Below are positions 54,918 through 64,000 of a DNA stretch of 64,000 nt, piece after piece. This DNA is from an uncultured delta proteobacterium (GTDB lineage Bacteria; Desulfobacterota; RBG-13-43-22), in the NCBI GenBank assembly GCA_963802945.1, contig CAWDKY010000030.1, positions 192,001 through 256,000 on the forward strand, given 5' to 3'. Positions within the stretch are counted from its first letter, which is position 1, and each line of letters starts with the position of its first letter. Position numbers and translations under genes: made by a program. The notes under the pieces are model-generated. The model saw only the letters and a program-made list of their open reading frames with translations. It did no database searches and was not told the DNA's origin.

Positions 54918-55760
54918 ATGGGAAAGTTGGATGGTAAATGCGTTATTGTAACCGGTGCCAGTCGCGGTATTGGAAAGGCGATCAGTACCCTTTTTGCCTC
55001 TGAAGGGGCAAAAGTGGTTTGTGCCGCTCGCACCCTGGAAGAAGGCGGACATGCCTTTGGGGGATCCATCAATGAAACGGTTTCCGAGATTCGAAAGGCC
55101 GGGGGCACGGCTGTGGCCGTTCAAACTGATGTGTCGTCCGAAAATAGTTGTGAGAATCTCGTCAATACGGCCCGCAAAGAGTTCGGTCCGGTAGATGTGT
55201 TAGTCAACAATGCGGCCTTGAATTATTACATTCCCATCAAGGAATATCCTGTTCACCGATGGGTTAGGGCCTTTTCAGTCAATGTGCACGGTCCTTTTAT
55301 GCTGGCTCAGAAGGTCTTGCCGGACATGATCGAGCGGGGCAAAGGGGCTATTGTGAATGTCGCATCCGGGGCGGCCATCGGTCCGGGACGCGGGCCCTAC
55401 AAAACATTCGGCACCGGGGGAACCATGTATGGGGCTTCCAAAGCGGCCATAGAGCGCTTTACCCAGGGGTTGGCCCAAGAGGTCTATCCGTACGGGATTT
55501 CAGTCACCTGTGTCTCTCCGTCCAAGGTCGTTCCGACCCCGGGTACGGTCTATCACAAGCTGGTAACGGGTTATGATGACCCTCGCGGCGAGCCGCCTAC
55601 CATGATGGCCCGAGCCATTCTACTTTTGTCTACAGAGCCCCTGGATAAGGTCACCGGTCGTGTCACTTACAGCCAGGCCATTCTCAAGGAGTTCGGCTGG
55701 ATCGAGAAGGCCGAAGGTCGCGGCATTGATATCGTCGGAACAGGCTACAGTCAGATATAA
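54918..55760 (+). CDS. SDR family oxidoreductase
   Basis: TGASRGIG, LVNNAA, YGASK. Confidence 0.95.
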   Translation: MGKLDGKCVIVTGASRGIGKAISTLFASEGAKVVCAARTLEEGGHAFGGSINETVSEIRKAGGTAVAVQTDVSSENSCENLVNTARKEFGPVDVLVNNAALNYYIPIKEYPVHRWVRAFSVNVHGPFMLAQKVLPDMIERGKGAIVNVASGAAIGPGRGPYKTFGTGGTMYGASKAAIERFTQGLAQEVYPYGISVTCVSPSKVVPTPGTVYHKLVTGYDDPRGEPPTMMARAILLLSTEPLDKVTGRVTYSQAILKEFGWIEKAEGRGIDIVGTGYSQI

Positions 55761-55778
55761 GTAAGAAGGTAGCGAAGC

Positions 55779-55813
55779 TTCTCGAATGCCGGGAATATCC
55801 TGGCATTCGAGAA
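55779..55813. terminator. Hairpin between convergent genes
   Basis: TTCTCGAATGCC...GGCATTCGAGAA. Confidence 0.6.
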
Positions 55814-55887
55814 AAGTGCTTCTTTGCGTCCTTTGCACCTCTGCGGTGAATTTCTTTATTTCACTTCCTATCGCGCAGAAATATGAA

Positions 55888-57033
55888 TTAATCCTTGGGG
55901 TCAAGCAACTCATTCGCCTTTTGGATCCATTCTGAAATAGGAATCCCCTGGGGGCACTTCTCTTCACATTCTTTGCATTCCAGACATTGACTGGCCTTTT
56001 CGCCTTCCTGAATTCGGATGGTGTAAAGAAACTGAGTCCTCTTCAAATCACCATACTTGGCCGCATCATTGTATAAGCCCAATACACCTGGGATGTTCAC
56101 ATTATTGGGGCAGGGAAGGCAATATTTGCAATTGGTACAAGGGATGGGAGACCGTTTCCTGTATTCTTCCCGGACCCTTTCAATCAAGAACAATTCTTCT
56201 GAGGTAAGCACACCAGGTCCGGAGCGATCCGCCGACTTGGCGTTTTCAATGACCTGTTCCATGGTGGTCATACCGCTGAGTACTACCGACACTTCCGGAT
56301 GGTTCCACACCCACTGCAAGGCCCATTCAGCTGGTGATCGTTTTTCCTTTGCCGATTTCCACAATTTGATTACACTCTCCGGAGGTTTTTTAGATAACAT
56401 TCCACCCCGTATGGGTTCCATAATCACCACGGCCAATCCTTTATCAGCCGCATATCGGAGTCCCTTGCTGCCGGCCTGGTATTCCGTATCCATAAAGTTG
56501 TATTGGATTTGACAGAATTCCCAGCGATCATAGTAATCGATGATCTCTTTGAAGGTTTCGAATTCATCATGAAATGAAAATCCCAGGTGGAGAAATTTCC
56601 CTTCTTTTAAGCACCCTTCCGCCCATTTAAAGATCTCCAGGTCACGGATCTTCATCCAGGTGGTTTTATTGAGTCCGTGGAGGAGATAAAAATCCAAATG
56701 ATCGGTCTGTAGCCGTTTCAATTGTTCGTTCAGAATACGATCGGAATCTGCCGGGGTTTGAACAAGTCGGGGTAATAGTTTGGTAGCTAGTTTGACTTTT
56801 TCCCGATACCCGTCTTGGAGTGCCCTTCCAACTACCCCCTCGCTGTGACCGCCGTGATAAGGCCAGGCCGTATCCACATAGTTGACACCGTGGTCAATGG
56901 CGTAACGAATCATCCTGATCGCTTCGGGTTCATTGATTCTAGTCTGATCTCCTTCAATGACCGGTAGCCGCATAGCCCCAAAACCCAGGGCCGAAACCTG
57001 AAAATCAAGTTTGCCAAAAGGTCGATATTGCAT
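55888..57033 (-). CDS. Aldo/keto reductase with C-terminal 4Fe-4S motifs
   Basis: LGFGAMRLP, YVDTAWPYHGG.SE, ATKL, CTNCKYCLPCP, CLECKECEEKCP. Confidence 0.94.
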   Translation of the reverse strand: MQYRPFGKLDFQVSALGFGAMRLPVIEGDQTRINEPEAIRMIRYAIDHGVNYVDTAWPYHGGHSEGVVGRALQDGYREKVKLATKLLPRLVQTPADSDRILNEQLKRLQTDHLDFYLLHGLNKTTWMKIRDLEIFKWAEGCLKEGKFLHLGFSFHDEFETFKEIIDYYDRWEFCQIQYNFMDTEYQAGSKGLRYAADKGLAVVIMEPIRGGMLSKKPPESVIKLWKSAKEKRSPAEWALQWVWNHPEVSVVLSGMTTMEQVIENAKSADRSGPGVLTSEELFLIERVREEYRKRSPIPCTNCKYCLPCPNNVNIPGVLGLYNDAAKYGDLKRTQFLYTIRIQEGEKASQCLECKECEEKCPQGIPISEWIQKANELLDPKD

Positions 57034-57142
57034 AGCGCTGTTTTCCTCCTTTTTCTTCTTGACCCTATTGCCCCTTATCTTATATTCTTTTTATCCAAAA
57101 GCAAGCACCTATCAATTTTTCACCTATAACAAGGAGGTTGTT

Positions 57143-57958
57143 ATGCCCGAGCCTTTGGTTCTCTATGAAAAAAAAGGTCCAGTCGCCATAGTTACCATAA
57201 ACCGACCGGAGAAGATGAACACTTACAACGGAGAAGTCTGCCTGCTGCTGGGTGATGCCTTTTTGGATTTCAGAGACGATCCTGATCTCTTGGTGGCCAT
57301 TCTTACCGGGGCCGGAGATAAGGCCTTTTGCGCTGGAGCCGATATGAGAGGCATGGTTCCCCCGAAGGAAGGGGAGACTGCACCTATTCCTTTCCCCCGG
57401 GGAAGGATGTTTCATGAAGGAGATATTAAGATTTACAAACCGATTATCGCTGCTATCAACGGCTACTGTCTCTCCGGAGGATTATGCCATGCCCTGCAGT
57501 GCGATATCAGGGTAGCCGCGGAACACGCCACCTTTGCCCTGCAGCAAGTCAGGTTTGGGGCCCATTCCCCGTCTTCAACCCATCTGCTGGCTCGCAACAT
57601 CGGGATGTCCAATGCCATGTACCTAAGCTTAACCGGCAGCCGGATCGACGCCAAGGAAGCCTTGCGCATGGGCATCATCCATAAAATCGTACCGATGAAA
57701 GAACTGATGGGCGCGGCCATGGAAATGGCGGAAACCCTGATGGGTAACTGCCCGTCCCATTTAAAGGCCAGGAAAGAACATCTCCTCAGGGGCTACAACC
57801 TGCCCTATGATGAGGCCAGGGCCATGGGCGGATATCTGGAAGACCAGGTCCCTGAAGAAGAAAAAAGAGAAGGAATCTCGGCCTTCTTCGAAAAAAGAAA
57901 ACCGGACTGGAGCAAGGTCCGAAAGCCAAAACCTGGTCCGTCAAAAGGAATGCGCTGA
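57143..57958 (+). CDS. Crotonase (enoyl-CoA hydratase/isomerase) family protein
   Basis: AGGAGG RBS; INRPEKMN, AFCAGAD, KPIIAAING, EGI.AF.EKR.P. Confidence 0.92.
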   Translation: MPEPLVLYEKKGPVAIVTINRPEKMNTYNGEVCLLLGDAFLDFRDDPDLLVAILTGAGDKAFCAGADMRGMVPPKEGETAPIPFPRGRMFHEGDIKIYKPIIAAINGYCLSGGLCHALQCDIRVAAEHATFALQQVRFGAHSPSSTHLLARNIGMSNAMYLSLTGSRIDAKEALRMGIIHKIVPMKELMGAAMEMAETLMGNCPSHLKARKEHLLRGYNLPYDEARAMGGYLEDQVPEEEKREGISAFFEKRKPDWSKVRKPKPGPSKGMR

Positions 57959-57960
57959 AA

Positions 57961-59151
57961 ATGAAAAAAAATACGGCTGAAATTATTGCCATCGGCTCCG
58001 AACTTCTACTGGGTCAGATCCAGGATACCAATACACCCTATCTGGCCGGCCGATTGCAGGAGATCGGCCTGGAAACCGCTTTTCAAACTATGGTCGGTGA
58101 TGATCGAAAACGGATGAACTCCGTCATCCGCCGGGCCCTCAGTCGTTCCAAGGTCATCCTTACCACCGGGGGAATCGGTCCCACGGAAGATGATTTAACC
58201 CGAGAGGTCGTGGCCGAGGTTTGCAGAAAGAAGCTGGTCTTTCACCCCAAACTATTTAAGCTCATAAAATCCTTTTTTGACCGGGCCGGCTTGGTGATGG
58301 CCCCCAACAATCGCAAACAAGCCTATCTGCCTGCCGGGGCCCGTCTCATTCCCAATCTCCAGGGAACAGCCCCGGGATTTATTTTGGAAACAGAGGCCAA
58401 AAAAATTATTGCCGTCCTGCCGGGAGTTCCCCGGGAAATGAAAAAGATGATGCAGGACACAGTCCTGCCCTTTTTAAAAAAGAAACTGGGGCGGGATCAG
58501 GGATTGATCGAATACCAGGTCCTCAAGGTCTGCGGCCTGGGTGAGAGCCGGGTGGATGAACAGATCGGCGATCTTATCAGAGAAAGTACCAATCCGGTCA
58601 TCGGTCTGCTGGCCTCATTGGGTGAGATCCGGATTCGGATCACGGCCCACGGAAAAGATAAAAAAGAAACCCAAGCGATTATTGCCGAAATGGAGGCCAA
58701 AATTCGCGGGCGTTTGGGAACGCTGATTTTTGGTCAAGGGGAAGAGACCCTGGAAGGGGTGGTAGCCCGCCTATTGGATGAGAAAAAAACGACTCTGAGT
58801 CTGGTTGAAAACTTTACAGCCGGGAGGGTCAGTCAAAGACTCCAGACCACAGGCAGCTCCTGGTTCATGGGCGGCCTGCTGTTGGCTTCAAGACAAAAAT
58901 GGCCTTTTGCAAAACCGGCCATCGCCAAAGAGGCCATGGCTCTGTTTCTGGCTGAAAAGATCAGGGAAATGTTTTCCTCCGATCTTGGCCTTGCGGCCTG
59001 GGTGGAGGGCACAGCCGACGAACGAACCCTTTCTCTGGCCCTGGCCGGAAAAATGAAAGACGTCTTTTCATACCGAATAGGCGGTTTTGGCGACACGCTG
59101 CCCGACCGGGTGGCTGTTATGGCCTTAGATTGGCTCAGAAAGAAATTATAA
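57961..59151 (+). CDS. cinA: CinA family protein
   Basis: IGSELLLGQI.DTN, VGDD, GGIGPTEDDLTRE, GTAPG, LPGVPREM; degenerate C-terminal PncC domain. Confidence 0.9.
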   Translation: MKKNTAEIIAIGSELLLGQIQDTNTPYLAGRLQEIGLETAFQTMVGDDRKRMNSVIRRALSRSKVILTTGGIGPTEDDLTREVVAEVCRKKLVFHPKLFKLIKSFFDRAGLVMAPNNRKQAYLPAGARLIPNLQGTAPGFILETEAKKIIAVLPGVPREMKKMMQDTVLPFLKKKLGRDQGLIEYQVLKVCGLGESRVDEQIGDLIRESTNPVIGLLASLGEIRIRITAHGKDKKETQAIIAEMEAKIRGRLGTLIFGQGEETLEGVVARLLDEKKTTLSLVENFTAGRVSQRLQTTGSSWFMGGLLLASRQKWPFAKPAIAKEAMALFLAEKIREMFSSDLGLAAWVEGTADERTLSLALAGKMKDVFSYRIGGFGDTLPDRVAVMALDWLRKKL

Positions 59152-59218
59152 TAGAATAAAACCAGGACAACAAATTCAACAACGTCCCTGGAATTCACAC
59201 AACTTACAAGGAAATAGT

Positions 59219-60420
59219 ATGCAAAGAGTACTTGAAGACATCAGAGTTCTGGATTTTGGGCGATTCATTTCATGCCCGTATTGCGGCATGATTCTGGCGG
59301 ACATGGGTGCGGAAGTTATCCGGGTTGACCGGCCCGGAGGAGAAGAAGATCGTACCCACAGCCTTATAGGGCCGGACGGCAATAACCTGTCCTTTCCAAG
59401 TTACGCCCGGAATAAAAAGGGCATTACCTTGAACCTTTCGCAAAATAAACCGGAGGCCCGGGAGATTTTAGATTCCCTGGTGAAGCAGTGTGATGTGGTG
59501 ATTCACAATTTCACACCGGCCGCTGCCGAATCCATGGGTCTGGCCTACGACCGTCTGACTGCCGTTAAACCGGATATTATTTTAACGGCCATTTCCTGTT
59601 TTGGAAGCGAAGGCCCCTATCGAAATCGAACGGGATTTGATTTCATCGCCCAGGCTATGTCCGGGGCCATGAATTGCGGAGGATTTCGCCGACAAACCGC
59701 CTGTCAGGGCCTTCTTTAATCCCATGGATTATGGAACAGCCCTGGCTGCCGCCGTCGGTACCCTTCTGGCCCTGCGCCACCGGGACAAAACAGGAGAAGG
59801 CCAGATGGTTGATCTTGGCCCTCTTAAGGACGGCCCTTTCTTTTACGGCCCCGATCATTGCCGAAAAGGAAGTGCTGGGCCGGGACCGGCCTATGATCGC
59901 CAACCGCGCCCCTTATCTGACGACCACGGATTTATTTGAATGTCAGGACGGCTATGTGTTCATCGCCTCCATCATGAACAGCATCTGGAGACGCCTGGCT
60001 AAACTTATCGGTCATGAGGAACTCATCCCTGATCCGGAGCTATATAATGACTTGAGCCGGTTTGAACATAGAGACAAAATCGATCCCCTGGTAGCGGACT
60101 GGATAAGGGTGCGCACCGTGGAGCAGGTGCTGACGGAAATGGAAGCCGCCCATATCCCCTGCAGCCCCTACTACGAACTGGGCCAGGTGTCGCAAGATCC
60201 CCATATTCAGGAAACCGGCATGCTGCCTTATATCGATATGGAAGTCCCGGGTTTGAAACCATTACCCGTCAGCCCCAATCCGATCAAGCTGTCCAAAACA
60301 CCCGGCAGGATAGAAACCCGTGCGCCTCGCCCTGGAGAACACAATTTGGAAATTTACGGCAGATTACTGGGCTACAGCAAAGAAACCCTGGACGAGTTGG
60401 TTGCCAAAGGGATCATCTGA
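59219..60420 (+). CDS. Family III CoA-transferase (frameshifts near 59690 and 59820)
   Basis: IRVLDF, LADMGAEVIRV, RNKKGITLNL, GFDFIAQAMSG, MDYGTA, APRPGEHN. Confidence 0.92.
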
Positions 60421-60706
60421 AAACAGAAGAACAAGGTCGAATATTACCATTCAAATTTTTCCGAAGAACGAAATTACGTATATGAAAAGCAATAATTCAT
60501 GTCCTGGGAAAGGAAAGAGGATCCTGTCCGGCTTTGATCTCAAGGAAAAGCAGGACCGATATTCCATAAAAGGTGCGAAAAGGGAGAAAAGGAAGTAACA
60601 TCATAAGGGATTGAGAAGGGTTAGGTACTCAGAAACAGTTGGAAAGATGAGGGGGAATCAGTGAATCCAGTGGACAACGCCCCTTCCATCATGAGGAGAA
60701 TTAACC

Positions 60707-61339
60707 ATGATCCAATCGACAAATCGAAGGGCAAAAAAAATTATTGTTGTGATCCTGGGGCTGGTTGCCGCCCTAGGCCTGACCTTTTGGTTGAAGTGGG
60801 TATCCGCGGAAACCAGGTCCCTCAAAAACGATAGAACTATCGAATCCAAGGGGAACCTTGATAGGGCTTTCGAAACAGTCCGAAAGGTGCTCCAGAGTCC
60901 CCGTTGTCAGAACTGTCATATCCCGGGAGATGCCCCACTCCAGGGTGATCTCGGTAAAGTCCATGTTATGGATGTTAAACGGGGGGAAGACGGTCGAGGG
61001 AAGACGGACTTGCGGTGCACCGACTGCCATCAAAGTAAAAATGGAAGCCTGCCTCATACACCGCCGGGTGCCGTTGATTGGCGTTTACCCTCCCCTTCCA
61101 CTCCCATGGTTTTTATCAAGCTGTCGGCCAATGAATTGTGCAGTAATTTGAAGAACCCCGCCAAGAATGGGGGAAAAACGCCCGGCCAATTGATAGATCA
61201 TATCTCTAAAGACCGATTGGTTCTCTGGGGATGGGCCCCCGGGCCGGGCAGGAAAAAGCCGCCTGTCTCCCATAAGGAATTTGTGGCTGCTTTTTCTAAA
61301 TGGGTGCGTGCCGGTATGCCCTGTCCAAAAAACCGTTAA
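60707..61339 (+). CDS. Membrane-anchored or exported diheme c-type cytochrome
   Basis: N-terminal TM; [11 protein letters not shown] and CTDCH heme motifs. Confidence 0.85.
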   Translation: MIQSTNRRAKKIIVVILGLVAALGLTFWLKWVSAETRSLKNDRTIESKGNLDRAFETVRKVLQSPRCQNCHIPGDAPLQGDLGKVHVMDVKRGEDGRGKTDLRCTDCHQSKNGSLPHTPPGAVDWRLPSPSTPMVFIKLSANELCSNLKNPAKNGGKTPGQLIDHISKDRLVLWGWAPGPGRKKPPVSHKEFVAAFSKWVRAGMPCPKNR

Positions 61340-61382
61340 CGTTTTAGGAAATGGGGTTTTTGTTTTTGGGGAAAAAAGGAAT

Positions 61383-61938
61383 ATGGATTTTGATTTAACC
61401 GTTATCCCTGCCGAGAGAATTGAGCAGGCCATTTTTCTGATTCGTGGACTTCGGGTTATGATTGACGCCGACCTAGCTATGCTTTATGGAGTGACAACGA
61501 AGGTCCTCAATCAGGCTGTCAAACGCAACAAGGATCGTTTTCGGGAGATTTCATGTTTCAACTGACTGCGGAAGAAAAAATGGAGGCGGTCACAAATTGT
61601 GACCACCTTTCCCGGCTTCGCTTTTCACCAGTCCTCCCTTATGCCTTTACCGAGCATGGCGTCCTTATGCTTGCCAATATTTTAAACTCGGACCGCGCTG
61701 CGCGGGTTAGTGTTCAATTGTCCGTACCTTGGTACGATTGCGAGAAACATTGTCCACCCATGCTGATCTGGCCAGAAAAATCACCGAGATGGAAAAGAAG
61801 TATGATGCTCAGTTCAAAGTGGTTTTTGACGCCTTGCGGGCCTTAATGGCTCCGCCACTGAAAACGAAACGAAAGATCGGCTTTGATCTCAAGGAAAAAC
61901 AGGCACGATACAGCACAAAGAAACCTTCGCGAAAATAG
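61383..61938 (+). CDS. ORF6N-domain DNA-binding protein (frameshifted)
   Basis: [60 protein letters not shown]. Confidence 0.9.
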
Positions 61939-62091
61939 GAGGTGTTGACTTTAACTGTTTGTTGTTTACCCTCGAAGTACCGCAACGTATGCAACAACGC
62001 CCCCCATGTCAACCTAATTTGGTTTTGTATCAGCATCCTCCTTTTATATTTTATGTAGACTCTTGACACAGGATACGTTATAAGGCCCGCC

Positions 62092-63039
62092 ATGAGTTTG
62101 ACGACAAAATTTATCATATTTCAGGCCATGATTATTGTGCCTTTTGTCCTTGGGTCATTGACCAAGGAACGCTTTTCCAATCAGACCGGTTTTAGCAAGA
62201 AGCTCGTCAGGATAAACCTTATCTGCATTGAGCCTTTAATCGTGCTCTGGAGCATTTGGGGAATCTCGCTCAAAAGTAATCTTGTGTTCTTACCCGTATT
62301 CGGCCTGGCTTTTGTCCTTACAGGAATGGCGATAGGGAAGATTTTTATCCCTGTTCTTGGCCTCTCAGGAAAGAAAAAAGCTACCTTTCTCATCAGTTCA
62401 TCTCTGGCTAATCACGGGTTCACCATGGGTGGTTTTCTGTGCTATCTGCTTTTGGGCGAGAAAGGGCTCGGGCTTTCTTTCATATTCATCTCCTACTTTA
62501 TGCCCTACATATTCCTGGTCATATTTCCATATGCATCACTGGCCTCGACGCCTGCCCGATATGATAGGCGATTTGTCAAAGATTTTTTTACCAACATTCA
62601 GAACATGCCATTATATGTATTTTTCTTTGCCCTGGCTCTTCAGGGGTGCGGACTTAAAAGGCCGGAAATATTTTTCCCCATTGACATCCTGCTTATGATC
62701 GCTATTGCCTTGTATCATTTTTCCCTTGGCATCAATTTTGAGTTTAAAGAAGTCCTCTCTTCCTGTAAAGAAAATACAGCACTCGGCCTGATTAAATTTT
62801 TTATCATTCCCATGATCACCTTCCTGGTATTACGATGGGTAGCCATTGATCCTCAGATAGAGGGAGTGATCATGCTTCAATCATTTATGCCTACGGCCGT
62901 TTATTCAGTGATGGCCCCTGTGCTCTATGATCTTGATGCCAAGCTGGCCTCATCTATGTTTGTGGTCAATACGCTCATTTTCCTCATGGTCGTGCTGCCG
63001 ATAGTATTCATGCTCAAAACAAGCCTATTAGGAATGTAG
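62092..63039 (+). CDS. AEC (auxin efflux carrier) family transporter
   Basis: About 10 TM helices; N.G..GG, KFFIIP, MPTA...V....Y.LD. Confidence 0.82.
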   Translation: MSLTTKFIIFQAMIIVPFVLGSLTKERFSNQTGFSKKLVRINLICIEPLIVLWSIWGISLKSNLVFLPVFGLAFVLTGMAIGKIFIPVLGLSGKKKATFLISSSLANHGFTMGGFLCYLLLGEKGLGLSFIFISYFMPYIFLVIFPYASLASTPARYDRRFVKDFFTNIQNMPLYVFFFALALQGCGLKRPEIFFPIDILLMIAIALYHFSLGINFEFKEVLSSCKENTALGLIKFFIIPMITFLVLRWVAIDPQIEGVIMLQSFMPTAVYSVMAPVLYDLDAKLASSMFVVNTLIFLMVVLPIVFMLKTSLLGM

Positions 63040-63049
63040 AGGTAATTCG

Positions 63050-63121
63050 GAAATTCCATATGGGGATTTAAGAATCTCCATGGAAAGGAAGCGGGACTGG
63101 ATGCAAAGGGATTCACCATGA
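63050..63121 (+). pseudogene. 3' remnant of a RelE/Gp49-like toxin
   Basis: EIPYGDLRISMERKRDWMQRDSP* with ATGA overlap onto the HTH gene. Confidence 0.5.
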
Positions 63122-63453
63122 AAAGAAAGACCAATTTTGATTTATACTTGGAAGAACAATTAAGAGATAAAGCCTTTGCCGCCCGTTTTAAAAAGGCCGG
63201 TGATGCCTGGGAGGTGGCCATGAAATTGGCCTCCCTGCGCAAAAAATCAGGTTTATCCCAAAAAGAATTGGCCGAAAAAGTGGGAACATCCCAACAACAA
63301 ATCAGCCGTCTGGAATCGCCGTCTTACGAAGGCCATTCTTTAAGCATGTTGCGGCGCGTGACTGAGGCTCTGGGCGGAACGATTCATTTAGAGATTTATT
63401 ACAAAAAGCAAACAAAGCCTTTGGCAGCGGCTGAAAGGAAAACACCTTACTGA
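63118..63453 (+). CDS. XRE/HTH antitoxin-like regulator
   Basis: LRKKSGLSQKELAEKVGTSQQQISRLESPSYEGHSL. Confidence 0.92.
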   Translation: MKRKTNFDLYLEEQLRDKAFAARFKKAGDAWEVAMKLASLRKKSGLSQKELAEKVGTSQQQISRLESPSYEGHSLSMLRRVTEALGGTIHLEIYYKKQTKPLAAAERKTPY

Positions 63454-63944
63454 AAAAGTTGAACTCCCTCCCGGACAATCAGTATAAAAGAGTCATAATC
63501 CCAAGAGGATTGAAAGATTTCCGGAAAATTTTATGTTTTTCAGGCCGCCAAGGGTGAAATGGAATCTTCTTTGAAATCACAATTGGTGATTTCAAGTTAA
63601 GCAAAAGCGAAAATAGGAGTTGTTGACTTTAACCAATTGATATATTCTAAAGTATCCGTTCAAATGAAAGGCGAAGGAGTTTAACCCTTTGAATCCTCGA
63701 ATCCTTGGCTCTGCTCGGCTCAGCTCGCCGCAAGCCTTGAACCCTGTTTTTCTTGAGGCTGGCCTAGGAAGCAGTCCTCTAACACCCCCATTTCTTGAAA
63801 AAAGAAATGGGGGTTCGTTTTGAGGTGAATAATAAAAAGGAATAAATCAAAAATAATCGGACCATGGGAAACGATAAGTTGTTTTAGGACCAAGGTCCCC
63901 TTCAACTATGAATTCAAAAACCATTTGGAGCAAGGAGGAAGGTA

Positions 63945-64000
63945 ATGAGTAAGCAGGCAGCTCTTAATGAGCTAAAAAGGCGTAAGGAAGTAACTCAGGC
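63945..64000 (+). CDS. Start of a gene, possibly an acyl-CoA carboxylase carboxyltransferase
   Basis: AAGGAGG RBS; MSKQAALNELKRRKEVTQ; too short to assign. Confidence 0.35.
   Translation, partial: MSKQAALNELKRRKEVTQ

Noticed and set aside
60420-63700. Integron cassette array
   Set aside because: No intI and no convincing attC (RYYYAAC...GTTRRRY) folds seen; only direct repeats are supported

Overview
Gene-dense chromosomal window from an anaerobic Gram-negative bacterium. The gene content (AOR, GcdA, family III CoA-transferases, T2SS, dprA-topA-trmFO) suggests Desulfobacterota/deltaproteobacteria, which is an inference. Many genes, including essential ones (topA, trmFO, queA, gspD/F/K/L), are split by single-base indels, often in homopolymers. 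These are most likely assembly errors, so split CDS coordinates are approximate. 0-18 kb: a complete but rearranged type II secretion locus (gspG / gspD / gspE-F-H-I-J-K-L-M-C), interrupted by AOR, a structured leader, an NHL-repeat protein and an OM beta-barrel. 19-22 kb: a secreted S53 protease behind a sigma54-type promoter. 22-38 kb: housekeeping genes interspersed with intact and decayed toxin-antitoxin modules. 39-60 kb: acyl-CoA catabolism genes. 60-64 kb: small cassettes bounded by direct repeats. Best leads: (1) a shared C-terminal K-x-MPWL-x-L-[LM]-L motif, plus an alternative IPNRKGGGAVIYLE tail, on exported proteins next to the T2SS, with evidence of tail swapping; (2) nested non-autonomous repeats, including a MITE inserted with a 3-bp duplication into REP-like hairpin loops; (3) pervasive 7/8-nt degenerate tandem repeats that form inverted pairs and appear to encode the cleavable leaders of all three minor pseudopilins. 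No rRNA, tRNA, CRISPR array or transposase was recognised.
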